Translations under genes and position numbers: made by a program
Notes under the pieces: model-generated
What the model was told of the DNA's origin: nothing
Seen by the model: the letters and a program-made list of their open reading frames with translations, nothing else
The model's database searches: none
Source: an uncultured Pseudomonadota bacterium
GTDB taxonomy: Bacteria; Oederibacteriota; Muellerivitia; Muellerivitales; Muellerivitaceae
Reading direction: 5' to 3'
Assembly: GCA_963770835.1 (NCBI GenBank)
Contig: CAVYRH010000005.1
Span: 327,794 to 391,793 of the forward strand
DNA: 64,000 nucleotides
Part shown: positions 8,912-16,678 of the stretch, one piece after another
Numbering within the stretch: position 1 is the stretch's first letter
How the letters are laid out: each line of letters starts with the position of its first letter

Positions 8912-9832
8912 ATGAGCGATACCACTGCCGATACCCCAGCTGCCGCGCCTGCCCCGGCGCCAAAACCGGCGGTGACGCCCGCACCTGTGGCGACAGCAAC
9001 TCCCGCTGCGGCTCCCGCAGCCACTGCCACTGCGGCTCCGCCAACGGCTGCACAGCCGGTTAAATTCATTGCGAAGCCCATGAATATCGGCGTCATACCC
9101 TTCCTCAACGTCCAGCCACTGATCTGGGATATGAAAAACCACCATCATTTATTTCCCGTTCCCCCCAGCCAAATGGGCGCCTTGCTCAAAAAAGGCCAAC
9201 TGGATGTGGCCATTGCTCCCGTCGTGGTGAAATTCCTGAATCCGGAGCTCCAGATTGTTCCGGTGGCGGCCATCGGCTGCAAGGGGCCGGTCAAAAGTGT
9301 CCGCCTACTGTCCCACGTTCCATTAGATCAAGTGACCCGGCTTTTCGCCGATTCGCGTTCCCAAACTTCGGTCCTTTTGACCCGTTTGATCCTGAAAAAA
9401 TGGTATGGGGTCAAGAAACTGGAGGTGAAGCACGTGGAGACGGAAAGCTTTAAGCCCAACCAAACCAAGCCCTGGGAAGCATCCCTGCAGATTGGGGACA
9501 TTGCTTTGGAATCAGCCCCTTCCGGCATGAACGTTTTGGACCTGGGCGAGGAATGGTTCCTTCGTACCCAAAAACCCTTCGTCTTCGCCGTCTGGATGGC
9601 CCGTAACGTACAGGTTGCCCGTGAGATCGAAATGGACCTTTTGGCCGCCAAGACCGAGGGTCTCAAGCATATTCTGGAGATCGTCGATGGTTACCATGGC
9701 ATCTGGGTTTTCCACCGGCCCCAAGCCAAGGAATACCTGGAAAAGAACATCGATTTCACCTATACCGCTAAAGAGGTCCAAGGCCAGTTGGAATTCGAGA
9801 AACTGCTGAAAGAAGAAGGTTTAATCCTTTAA
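8912..9832 (+). CDS. MqnA/MqnD-family menaquinone (futalosine pathway) protein with an N-terminal Pro/Ala/Thr-rich extension
   Basis: IGVIPFLNVQPLIW...LDVAIAPVV...VKSVRLL matches the MqnA/MqnD (periplasmic-binding-protein-like) family. The first ~55 aa are low-complexity (PAAAPAPAPKPAVTPAPVATATPAAAP). A strong RBS (AAAGAGGA) precedes the ATG at 8912. Confidence 0.7.
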   Translation: MSDTTADTPAAAPAPAPKPAVTPAPVATATPAAAPAATATAAPPTAAQPVKFIAKPMNIGVIPFLNVQPLIWDMKNHHHLFPVPPSQMGALLKKGQLDVAIAPVVVKFLNPELQIVPVAAIGCKGPVKSVRLLSHVPLDQVTRLFADSRSQTSVLLTRLILKKWYGVKKLEVKHVETESFKPNQTKPWEASLQIGDIALESAPSGMNVLDLGEEWFLRTQKPFVFAVWMARNVQVAREIEMDLLAAKTEGLKHILEIVDGYHGIWVFHRPQAKEYLEKNIDFTYTAKEVQGQLEFEKLLKEEGLIL

Positions 9833-9849
9833 TACCGAGGAAACGTTGA

Positions 9850-10926
9850 ATGTCCCTAGCCACCGTTGAAATGCTGCAAGAGAGGGTTTTAGACGGCCAC
9901 GTGGTGGACCGCCAGGAAGCGCTGGAGTTGTTCCAGGGTTCCAGCTTGAACGAACTGGGGGCCATCGCCGACACCCTGAAGGTCCGTTCCAAGGGCGACA
10001 AGATCGCCACCTACCTCATCGACCGCAACATCAATTACACCAATGTCTGCGTGACCTATTGCAAGTTCTGCGCCTTCTACCGAGAGCCCGGCGACACGAA
10101 GGAAGGCTACGTCAACGAGGCGGATAAGATCATCCACAAGATCGCGGAAGCCAAGGAAAAGGGCTGCACGCAGATTTTGCTGCAGGGCGGCCACCACCCG
10201 GATTTGACGCTGGACTGGTACTTGAGCATGCTGTCGAAGGTCAAAAAGGCCCATCCGGATATCACCCTACATTCTTTCTCCCCCCCGGAACTGGTGCATT
10301 TCTCCGGTCTTTTCGGGATGACAGTTATCGAAATTCTTAAGAAATTCAAGGAAGCGGGCATGGACTCCATGCCGGGCGGCGGGGCCGAGATATTAGTGGA
10401 CCGGGTGCGCAAGGAAATCGCGCCCCTGAAGGCTTCCACCGAGGAATGGCTGGGCGTCATGCGCGACGTGCATTCCCTGGGCATGCGTTCCACGGCCACA
10501 ATGATGTTCGGCCACGTGGAAACCATCGAGGACCGTATTGAACACATTTTTCATATACGGGAACTTCAAGAGGAAACGGGCGGATTCCTGGGTTTCATCC
10601 CCTGGCTTTACCAGCCGGGCAACGAAAGCCTGGGGCTAAAAAGCGCCAGCGGTCAAGAATACCTGAAGACCCTGGCCCTTTCCCGCGTCATCCTCAACCA
10701 TTGCCTGCCCAACCTGCAGGCTTCCTGGGTCACGCCTGGCAAAAAGATCGGCCAAATCGGCCTCAAGTACGGGGCCAACGACCTGGGCAGCATCATGCTG
10801 GAAGAAAACGTAGTGGCTTCTACGGGCCTCAAATACCTGATGAGTCTGGAGGAAATGCGGCGCCTGATCAAGGAAATGGGTTATGAGCCCCATCAGCGCG
10901 ATACTTTTTATAACCTGGTCAATTGA
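9850..10926 (+). CDS. Radical SAM enzyme of the MqnC/MqnE family (paralog of 7763..8887)
   Basis: NYTNVCVTYCKFCAF, GGAEIL, and the same domain order as the first paralog. Confidence 0.75.
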   Translation: MSLATVEMLQERVLDGHVVDRQEALELFQGSSLNELGAIADTLKVRSKGDKIATYLIDRNINYTNVCVTYCKFCAFYREPGDTKEGYVNEADKIIHKIAEAKEKGCTQILLQGGHHPDLTLDWYLSMLSKVKKAHPDITLHSFSPPELVHFSGLFGMTVIEILKKFKEAGMDSMPGGGAEILVDRVRKEIAPLKASTEEWLGVMRDVHSLGMRSTATMMFGHVETIEDRIEHIFHIRELQEETGGFLGFIPWLYQPGNESLGLKSASGQEYLKTLALSRVILNHCLPNLQASWVTPGKKIGQIGLKYGANDLGSIMLEENVVASTGLKYLMSLEEMRRLIKEMGYEPHQRDTFYNLVN

Positions 10927-10951
10927 CGGAATTCCCAAGAAAGAAAAATTA

Positions 10952-11344
10952 ATGAAGGAATATAACGAGAGCCACGCCAAGTCGGGGCTCAACATAAAGC
11001 TTCCCAGTATTGAGACCTTTCCCAACCAGTTTCCGGCTTATACTATCCGTATCGAAATTCCCGAATATACGGCGGTTTGCCCCAAGACCGGCCTGCCGGA
11101 TTTCGGCACCATCATCTTGGAATATGAACCGGTGAAGAATGTTTTGGAATTGAAATCCCTGAAGGGCTATATCCTGGCTTACCGGAACATCGGCATTTTT
11201 TACGAGAACGCCGTCAACCGAATGCTGCGGGATTTCGTGGCCGCCGCCAAGCCCAAATGGTGCCGGGTGACGGGGCAATTCGCCACCCGAGGTGGTATGC
11301 ATTCCACTATCTCAGTCCTTTACGGGAAACCGGTCAAGCGCTAA
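10952..11344 (+). CDS. queF: NADPH-dependent 7-cyano-7-deazaguanine reductase QueF (type I)
   Basis: EYTAVCPKTGLPDFGTIILEY matches the QueF E(F/Y)TxxCPxTGxPDF motif. Length is ~130 aa from MKEYNES with an AAGAAAGAAAA upstream; the ORF is open from 10883. Confidence 0.85.
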   Translation: MKEYNESHAKSGLNIKLPSIETFPNQFPAYTIRIEIPEYTAVCPKTGLPDFGTIILEYEPVKNVLELKSLKGYILAYRNIGIFYENAVNRMLRDFVAAAKPKWCRVTGQFATRGGMHSTISVLYGKPVKR

Positions 11345-11560
11345 CGTTTTTGGCGGTCTTTTGGGCCCTTTAAGCCTTGGATTAAATCGGATGAAAACCG
11401 TCTATAAGCCGAAGACCAACACTCCCTATTTAATTCCTGAAATGGTTCGCTCGAAAATCCGAAGGGGTGTATGATCTTTCCCATAGACCGGAAAAGGCTG
11501 ACTTGTACAATTGGCTGAAAACGTTTTTTGCCAATTTTTTGATGGTGGGAGTTTATTGAG

Positions 11561-11977
11561 ATGAAAAATTCCAAAATCCTTCTTCTGATCGGTATAGCCG
11601 TCCTGGCTCCCGCTTTTCTGTGGGCGGGGTCCACCATTACCCCTGAAAACGACTATCGCAAAGGGCTCGACCTTTACGCCAAGGGTAAGTATGAGGCGGC
11701 ATTGGAACGCTTCCAATTGGCCATCGATGAAAATTGGAACTTCTGGCAGTCCTATCAAATGGTGGGTTATTGCTATTTTGAACTGAGGGATAAAGAAAGT
11801 GCTCTCAATGCCTTCGAAGAAAGCCTCAAAATCAAGCCCGACAATCCCAAATTGGTGAAGATCATCAACGATTTAAAAGCCGGAACCCTCGATATCCCCG
11901 TCCGGCCCGTGGAAGCTGAGGTCCAGCCTGTCGGGACCCCGGTTTATCTCCAGACGTATTACACCTATAACAAATAG
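11561..11977 (+). CDS. Secreted TPR-repeat protein
   Basis: Signal peptide MKNSKILLLIGIAVLAPAFLWAG, then two TPR-like units (YRKGLDLYAKGKYEAALERFQLAI..., YQMVGYCYFELRDKESALNAFEESLKIKP). Confidence 0.55.
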   Translation: MKNSKILLLIGIAVLAPAFLWAGSTITPENDYRKGLDLYAKGKYEAALERFQLAIDENWNFWQSYQMVGYCYFELRDKESALNAFEESLKIKPDNPKLVKIINDLKAGTLDIPVRPVEAEVQPVGTPVYLQTYYTYNK

Positions 11978-12023
11978 TTTCCGCCCTTCCAAACCCCCTT
12001 TGGAATTTTCCCGTTTCGGCTAT

Positions 12024-12029
12024 AATTCC
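12024..12029 (+). promoter_or_regulatory. Candidate -10 element (TATAAT) with upstream TTGGAA, ahead of the speE-like gene
   Basis: ttggaattttcccgtttcggcTATAATtcc at 11999-12032. A strong RBS AAGGAGAA lies 7 nt before ATG 12064. Confidence 0.3.
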
Positions 12030-12063
12030 CCCATTCTTGAACTCCCCGTAAGGAGAACACTCC

Positions 12064-12963
12064 ATGGCCACTAAAACCGAATGGACCACCGACAGCTTTG
12101 GGCATGTTTACAAAGGCCACTCCCTTTACAAAGGAAGGACTCCCTTCCAGTCCATGGAGATTTTCGAGGACAAGACGTTCGGAACCCTGCTCTTTCTGGA
12201 CGGTAAAATCCAAATCTCCGACGGGGATGAAAACCGTTACCATCAGTACCTGGTGTCGGCTCCGCTTTTGGCCCACCGGAACCCCCAAAGCATCTGCATC
12301 ATCGGTGGCGGGGACTGTTTCGCGATCGAGGAAGCCGCCAAGTTCAAGAGCCTGAAACGCATTCTGATGGTGGAGATCGACAAGGGAGTTGTGGATTTCT
12401 GCCGGAAGAATTATCCGGAAATCGGAAGATGCCTGAGGGATGAGCGGGTGGAGATCATCTACAAGGATGCCCGCAGATGGTTGCAAGACCATCCCGAAAC
12501 CTTCGACGTGCTCATCATCGACTTAACCGAGCCCCATGGGCCTTCCAAGATGCTTTACACCCAAGAATTCTACCGGCTTTGCAAGAAACGGATGAACCCC
12601 CAGGGACTCATCGCCATTCACACGGACAACTATTATTTGTTTCCCGATTCTTTTGCCACCATCTATAAGACCTTCCGTTCCGTGTTCCCGAACATTCTGA
12701 CCGCTCGGGTGGACATGCCTTGCTTCGGCATGGGCTGGACCTATCGCATCGCCTCCTCTTCGCCCATTTCGGTGAAACTGATGGAAACCAATATCAAGAA
12801 GCTGAAGAAGCAGGGAATCACCTTTGATTATTTCACACCTTCGACCTACTTGGTCCAGCCGACCAGTGAGGAATTAAAAAACCTTAAGACCCGGGGCCGT
12901 ATTTCAACGGACAAGAAGCCCTTCGATAAGTTCGAGAAGATGGAAAAATACGTAACGAAGTGA
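12064..12963 (+). CDS. speE: Spermidine synthase-like polyamine aminopropyltransferase
   Basis: ICIIGGGDCFAIEE (the SpeE GGGDG-type motif), LIIDLTEP, and ~300 aa length. Confidence 0.7.
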   Translation: MATKTEWTTDSFGHVYKGHSLYKGRTPFQSMEIFEDKTFGTLLFLDGKIQISDGDENRYHQYLVSAPLLAHRNPQSICIIGGGDCFAIEEAAKFKSLKRILMVEIDKGVVDFCRKNYPEIGRCLRDERVEIIYKDARRWLQDHPETFDVLIIDLTEPHGPSKMLYTQEFYRLCKKRMNPQGLIAIHTDNYYLFPDSFATIYKTFRSVFPNILTARVDMPCFGMGWTYRIASSSPISVKLMETNIKKLKKQGITFDYFTPSTYLVQPTSEELKNLKTRGRISTDKKPFDKFEKMEKYVTK

Positions 12964-13038
12964 ATCCGGAAATATCAAATATCCGTTTCGGAAATTATTT
13001 TTCCTTTATTGAAAAAACTCTAATTGTGGGGGAATGGG

Positions 13039-13479
13039 ATGGATACCATCGGAAGCCTTGTTGACAAATTGTCGATTTTGGAAATCAGGAAGGACCATAC
13101 AAAGGATTCTGATTCGATAAGGGTATTAAATGAATCAGCCGAACGGCTAAAAAACGAGATTAATGAAATTATTTTAAAGATACTTAAAGGCGAAATTTGT
13201 GATGAATGGACGATTAAACAGCCTAAACTTAAAAATTATGCCCACCAAGACAATAACATGGAAAAGTCCGAAGGTTTGGCAAAAGTAATACAGAATCTTA
13301 TCGTGGCCAACATACAGCTATGGAATATTGAGGATACAAGACGAAACAAAAGTTTGGCCGATAATGTCAGGCTTGGAGCGGCCGACCAAGTATCCGTGTG
13401 GAATAAAAAACGCAATGACGCAATGGATAATATTGACAAAGAAATATGGCTATTGGTGGTTGCCAAAAAAGGTAAATGA
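13039..13479 (+). CDS. Hypothetical protein encoded by an AT-rich gene next to the IS
   Basis: 147-aa ORF from MDTIGSLVDKLSILEIRK..., hydrophilic and Lys/Glu/Asn-rich. The gene and its flanks (12960-13560) are markedly AT-richer than the window average. Confidence 0.4.
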   Translation: MDTIGSLVDKLSILEIRKDHTKDSDSIRVLNESAERLKNEINEIILKILKGEICDEWTIKQPKLKNYAHQDNNMEKSEGLAKVIQNLIVANIQLWNIEDTRRNKSLADNVRLGAADQVSVWNKKRNDAMDNIDKEIWLLVVAKKGK

Positions 13480-13562
13480 TCCTGAAGCCGCCGAATCGGC
13501 AGTTGACCCAAGGGCGTATTGCTATCCCCCATCCAGCCAATCACCAGATGGGGCATTACAAT

Positions 13563-13583
13563 TTGTAACCTCTGAAAAACTCC
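13563..13583. repeat. Left terminal inverted repeat of the IS
   Basis: ttgtaacctctgaaaaactcc is the reverse complement of 16658-16678. Confidence 0.7.
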
Positions 13584-13727
13584 CTGTTTTGGTTTGAAAC
13601 TCTTCTCACCAGGGTTTTCAACCCCGCTTGGAGATGTTTTTGTTTCTCCAAAGGTGTTGCACTTACTCCTAGAACTCCTTTTTCGACCCTTCTTGCGTCA
13701 TCTGCCTCTGAAAAAACTCCCCTTAGC

Positions 13728-14388
13728 TCAGGCCGCCGCCAACTTTACGGCTCTTTTCCCATTAAATGCGATGCCACAGATCAACACCCAAATCTTGTTT
13801 CGGGCCATCCCGTAGTACCTCATTCGTCCCATCGAACACCACCGCTTCAAGGTACTCATTGTCGCCTCGATCCCGCACCTCACACGGCCCCAAACCTTGT
13901 TTTGCTTTAATTGCCTCTGGGTCAGCTTCTGTCCCCGCCAAACACGATGTAACACTCGATTCCGAATCCCTCGTTCCTCCAAATATTCATCGTGTTGCGC
14001 CGACCGGTAAGCCTTGTCAGCAAATGCCTGTTCTACCCCGCGAGGAACCATGTCTTTGAAATGTTCGTGATCGTGTTCCTCAATATGACTTAGATCCATC
14101 TTTCGAATCAGGCCGCTTTTCTCGTCCTGACCCACATGAACCTTCATCCCATCCACGGCTTTTCCTTGCCGGGAGGTGTAATGAACATCTTCATCCACCG
14201 GCTTTCCCTCTTGATCCTTGGATTCCGGTTTACAGGCTCCTTCCACCAGGGTGGAGTCCACAATGGCCCCTTTCTTGACCAAAAGGCCCTTCCGGTCCAA
14301 ACCCTGTTGCACTGCCCCCCAAACCCGGTCTATCAAACCGGCTTCCCGAAGTCTTTCCCGAAACTTCACCAAAGTGGTGTCGTCGACG
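13728..14388 (-). pseudogene. IS5-family DDE transposase, C-terminal ~220 codons (downstream half of a gene split by the antisense group II intron)
   Basis: VDDTTLVKFRERLREAGLIDRVWGAVQQG..., DSTLVEGA..., AFADKAYRSAQHDE..., GIEATMSTLKRW are IS5/IS4-type DDE motifs. The ORF-track N-terminal extension to 15008 is read-through into intron sequence and is not real. Confidence 0.75.
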
Positions 14389-14901
14389 GTGCGTCCAGAA
14401 AAGGCAGGTGTGTTCAGCAAGAGATAGTCTTGCATGGGTAATAGCCAAAGCCCATTAGCTAGGATGGCAGGCAAGCGGGAAACCAAATGCCTGAAGCCCA
14501 TCAACAAAGCCATCGAAAGGATGGTGAGCGAGTCGTCGGGCCGTAACGAAAGTAAATGCACAGGTGGCCCCGAAAACACTTGCCTCGGAGGCTGAGTCCG
14601 CCGTCGTGGGACGAAAGCATCATGGGACAGCGCGGAGAAATGGCTGAAGCGCTGGAACACTCCGACGGGGTGATAGCAACGGCACGAAGACAAGGACACG
14701 CCAAGCAACTGGAGAAACCCTCCTTGCCCCAGGCAGAAATGCTTGGAGAAAGGTAGGCCGTATAACCGTGACGCGGGAAAACGGTCGAAGGTGAGAGGGT
14801 TTAGGATGGGTTCATGGTAGCGATGAAGCGGGGTAATGCCCGTGGAGCGAAGGAACCCTGCTGTTGTTAAGTCCCTCGACAAAACGGAAGGCAGTGACGG
14901 T

Positions 14902-16203
14902 ATGAAAAAGACGTCAATTAACCTGCAAGACCTGAGACGAGAGATATACGTCAAAGCGAAGGCTGAAAAGAACTGGAGTTTCTGGGGACTGTACACCCAT
15001 GTTTGCAAGATGGAAACGCTTCAACAGGCTTACCGAATGGCTAAGGTAAATAACGGAGCCCCTGGAATAGATGGGGTGACGTTTGATGCCATTGAGGAGG
15101 CCGGAGTGGAGTCGTTTCTGGAAAGCATCCGGGGTGAATTAGTTCAAGGCACGTATAAGCCCGTTCGAAACCGGAAGAAGGAAATACCCAAGGGAAATGG
15201 GAAGGTAAGAGTCCTTGGGATACCCAACATTCGGGATAGAGTAGTCCAGGGAGCACTGAAGTTTATTCTGGAACCGATTTTTGAGGCCGATTTTCAAGAA
15301 GGGTCCTATGGGTATCGACCCAAGCGGACCGCTCATGCGGCTGTGAACAGGGTAGCATCGGCAATCGTCTGTAGAAAAACCCGAGTCATTGATGTAGACC
15401 TCAAGGCATATTTCGACACGGTAAGGCACGACCTTCTGATGAAGAAAGTTGCCCGAAGGGTTGAGGATGAAACGGTGTTGAGATTGTTGAGGATGATCCT
15501 GAAGGCCAGCGGCAAAAGAGGAGTCCCGCAGGGAGGGGTTATTTCCCCTCTTCTGGCTAATCTCTACCTCAACGAGGTGGATAAGATGCTGGAAAAGGCA
15601 AAAGAAGTGACTCGGCAAGGGAAGAACAACTATATCGAATATGCGAGGTTCGCTGACGATATGGTGATCCTTGTTAATGGATATCCGCAATGGGAATGGT
15701 TGGCAAAGGCTGCCTACCGAAGGTTACTTGAAGAATTGACCAAGCTCGACTTGCAAATCAACACGGACAAGACGCGGATAGCAGACTTAACGAAAGGTGA
15801 AAGTTTCGGGTTTCTGGGGTTTGACTTTCGACAGGTGAAAACCCGTCGAGGGAAATGGGGGGTGAAGTTCACGCCGAAAATGAAGGCGCGAGCAACACTT
15901 CTGGGTAAGCTCAAGGAAACATTTGGAAGCTTCCAATCTCAGCCGGTGCAGAGGGTGATTGAGATTATCAATCCCAAACTGCGTGGGTGGGTGAATTACT
16001 TTCGGATAGGGAATTCTAGGCGCTGTTTTAACTACGTGGAAAGATGGGTCGAGAATAAAATCAGACGGCATATGATGCGTGCGAAGAAGCTCGACGGTTT
16101 TGGGCGGGATAGGTGGAGTAGGGAGTGGATATATAAGTATCTGGGGTTGTACAGAAGCTACCAAATACGATATTACCAAGAACCGAAAGCGCTACCCGTC
16201 TGA
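14902..16203 (+). CDS. Group II intron-encoded reverse transcriptase / maturase
   Basis: NNGAPGIDGVTFDAIEE (RT0/1), PKGNGKVRVLGIPNIRDRVVQGAL (RT2), RFADDMVILV (the YADD-type RT5 motif) and a C-terminal maturase X domain (RGWVNYFRIGNSRR). No HNH endonuclease domain. The ORF is open from 14836. Confidence 0.85.
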   Translation: MKKTSINLQDLRREIYVKAKAEKNWSFWGLYTHVCKMETLQQAYRMAKVNNGAPGIDGVTFDAIEEAGVESFLESIRGELVQGTYKPVRNRKKEIPKGNGKVRVLGIPNIRDRVVQGALKFILEPIFEADFQEGSYGYRPKRTAHAAVNRVASAIVCRKTRVIDVDLKAYFDTVRHDLLMKKVARRVEDETVLRLLRMILKASGKRGVPQGGVISPLLANLYLNEVDKMLEKAKEVTRQGKNNYIEYARFADDMVILVNGYPQWEWLAKAAYRRLLEELTKLDLQINTDKTRIADLTKGESFGFLGFDFRQVKTRRGKWGVKFTPKMKARATLLGKLKETFGSFQSQPVQRVIEIINPKLRGWVNYFRIGNSRRCFNYVERWVENKIRRHMMRAKKLDGFGRDRWSREWIYKYLGLYRSYQIRYYQEPKALPV

Positions 16204-16237
16204 TAGGTCACATAAACTTTGACAGGAAAGCAACAGG

Positions 16238-16271
16238 TGAGCGTAGTGCGGGAAATCCGCACGCTACGTTC
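16238..16271 (+). ncRNA. Group II intron domain V
   Basis: GAGCGTAGTGCGGGAAATCCGCACGCTACGTTC has the AGC triad, a 2-nt bulge, a GAAA tetraloop and a G-U pair in the consensus positions. Confidence 0.7.
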
Positions 16272-16329
16272 GAGGAGGCGGGGACTGGAAACGGAGCCAG
16301 AAGGCCACCGCACCAGTCCTCGACCCTAC

Positions 16330-16607
16330 TGGTACTCCCGGACCCCTTCACCCACGAACCGCTCAAAACTGCGCCGGTCGTGGATTTCTTGGACTACTTC
16401 CACATCCGACAGGCCGTACCAGGATTCCAGCAAAAGGCATTTAAACAAGATCAAAGGCGGGATGGGAGGTCTCCCCGTGTTGCCCCGGTACATTTCCATC
16501 AGCAATTTCTCGATCTTCGGAAAGTCCAGAACCTTATCCACTTCCTCTAGCATGGTCTTTTTGAGTCGCCGGTTCTTGTCCTCGTACATCCCGAAGCTGA
16601 TTTGCAT
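16330..16607 (-). pseudogene. IS5-family transposase N-terminal ~92 codons (upstream half of the split gene)
   Basis: MYRGNTGRPPIPPLILFKCLLLESWYGLSDVEVVQEIHDRRSFERFVG is the classic IS5-family N-terminal (DUF4096-like) region. The reading frame terminates at a TAG formed by the last intron nucleotides. Confidence 0.75.
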
Positions 16608-16657
16608 GGAATCCCTCCGTCTGGAATGCTGCTATTATATTTCAGCATTTAGACGAA

Positions 16658-16678
16658 GGAGTTTTTCAGAGGTTACAA
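16658..16678. repeat. Right terminal inverted repeat of the IS
   Basis: ggagtttttcagaggttacaa. It supplies the TAA stop codon of the adjacent GT9 gene on the minus strand. Confidence 0.7.

Larger units (their letters stand above)
14389..16329 (+). mobile_element. Bacterial group II intron (RT/maturase-encoding, no En domain), inserted antisense into the IS transposase gene
   Basis: The 5' end GTGCGTCCAGAAAAGGCAGGTGTG resembles the Ll.LtrB start GUGCGCCCAGAUAGGGUG. The RT ORF sits in the domain IV position. Domain V is at 16238-16271. Domain VI has a bulged A near 16323, and the intron ends in AC at 16329. Removing 14389-16329 joins the two transposase halves in frame (278 + 661 nt = 313 codons). 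Confidence 0.8.
13564..16677. mobile_element. IS5-family insertion sequence whose transposase gene is interrupted by a group II intron
   Basis: Terminal inverted repeats TGTAACCTCTGAAAAACTCC (13564-13583) and GGAGTTTTTCAGAGGTTACA (16658-16677), with flanking ATT/ATT direct repeats. A subterminal IR copy lies at ~13703-13721. The IS is ~1.17 kb once the 1.94-kb intron is removed. Confidence 0.75.

Noticed and set aside
13728-15008. 426-aa minus-strand ORF presented as a single long transposase-like protein
   Set aside because: Only the part at or below 14388 is transposase. Residues encoded by 14389-15008 (MQTWVYSPQK…) are read-through on the antisense strand of the group II intron 5' domains. 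They overlap the RT ORF and have no transposase similarity. The true upstream half of the transposase is at 16330-16607.
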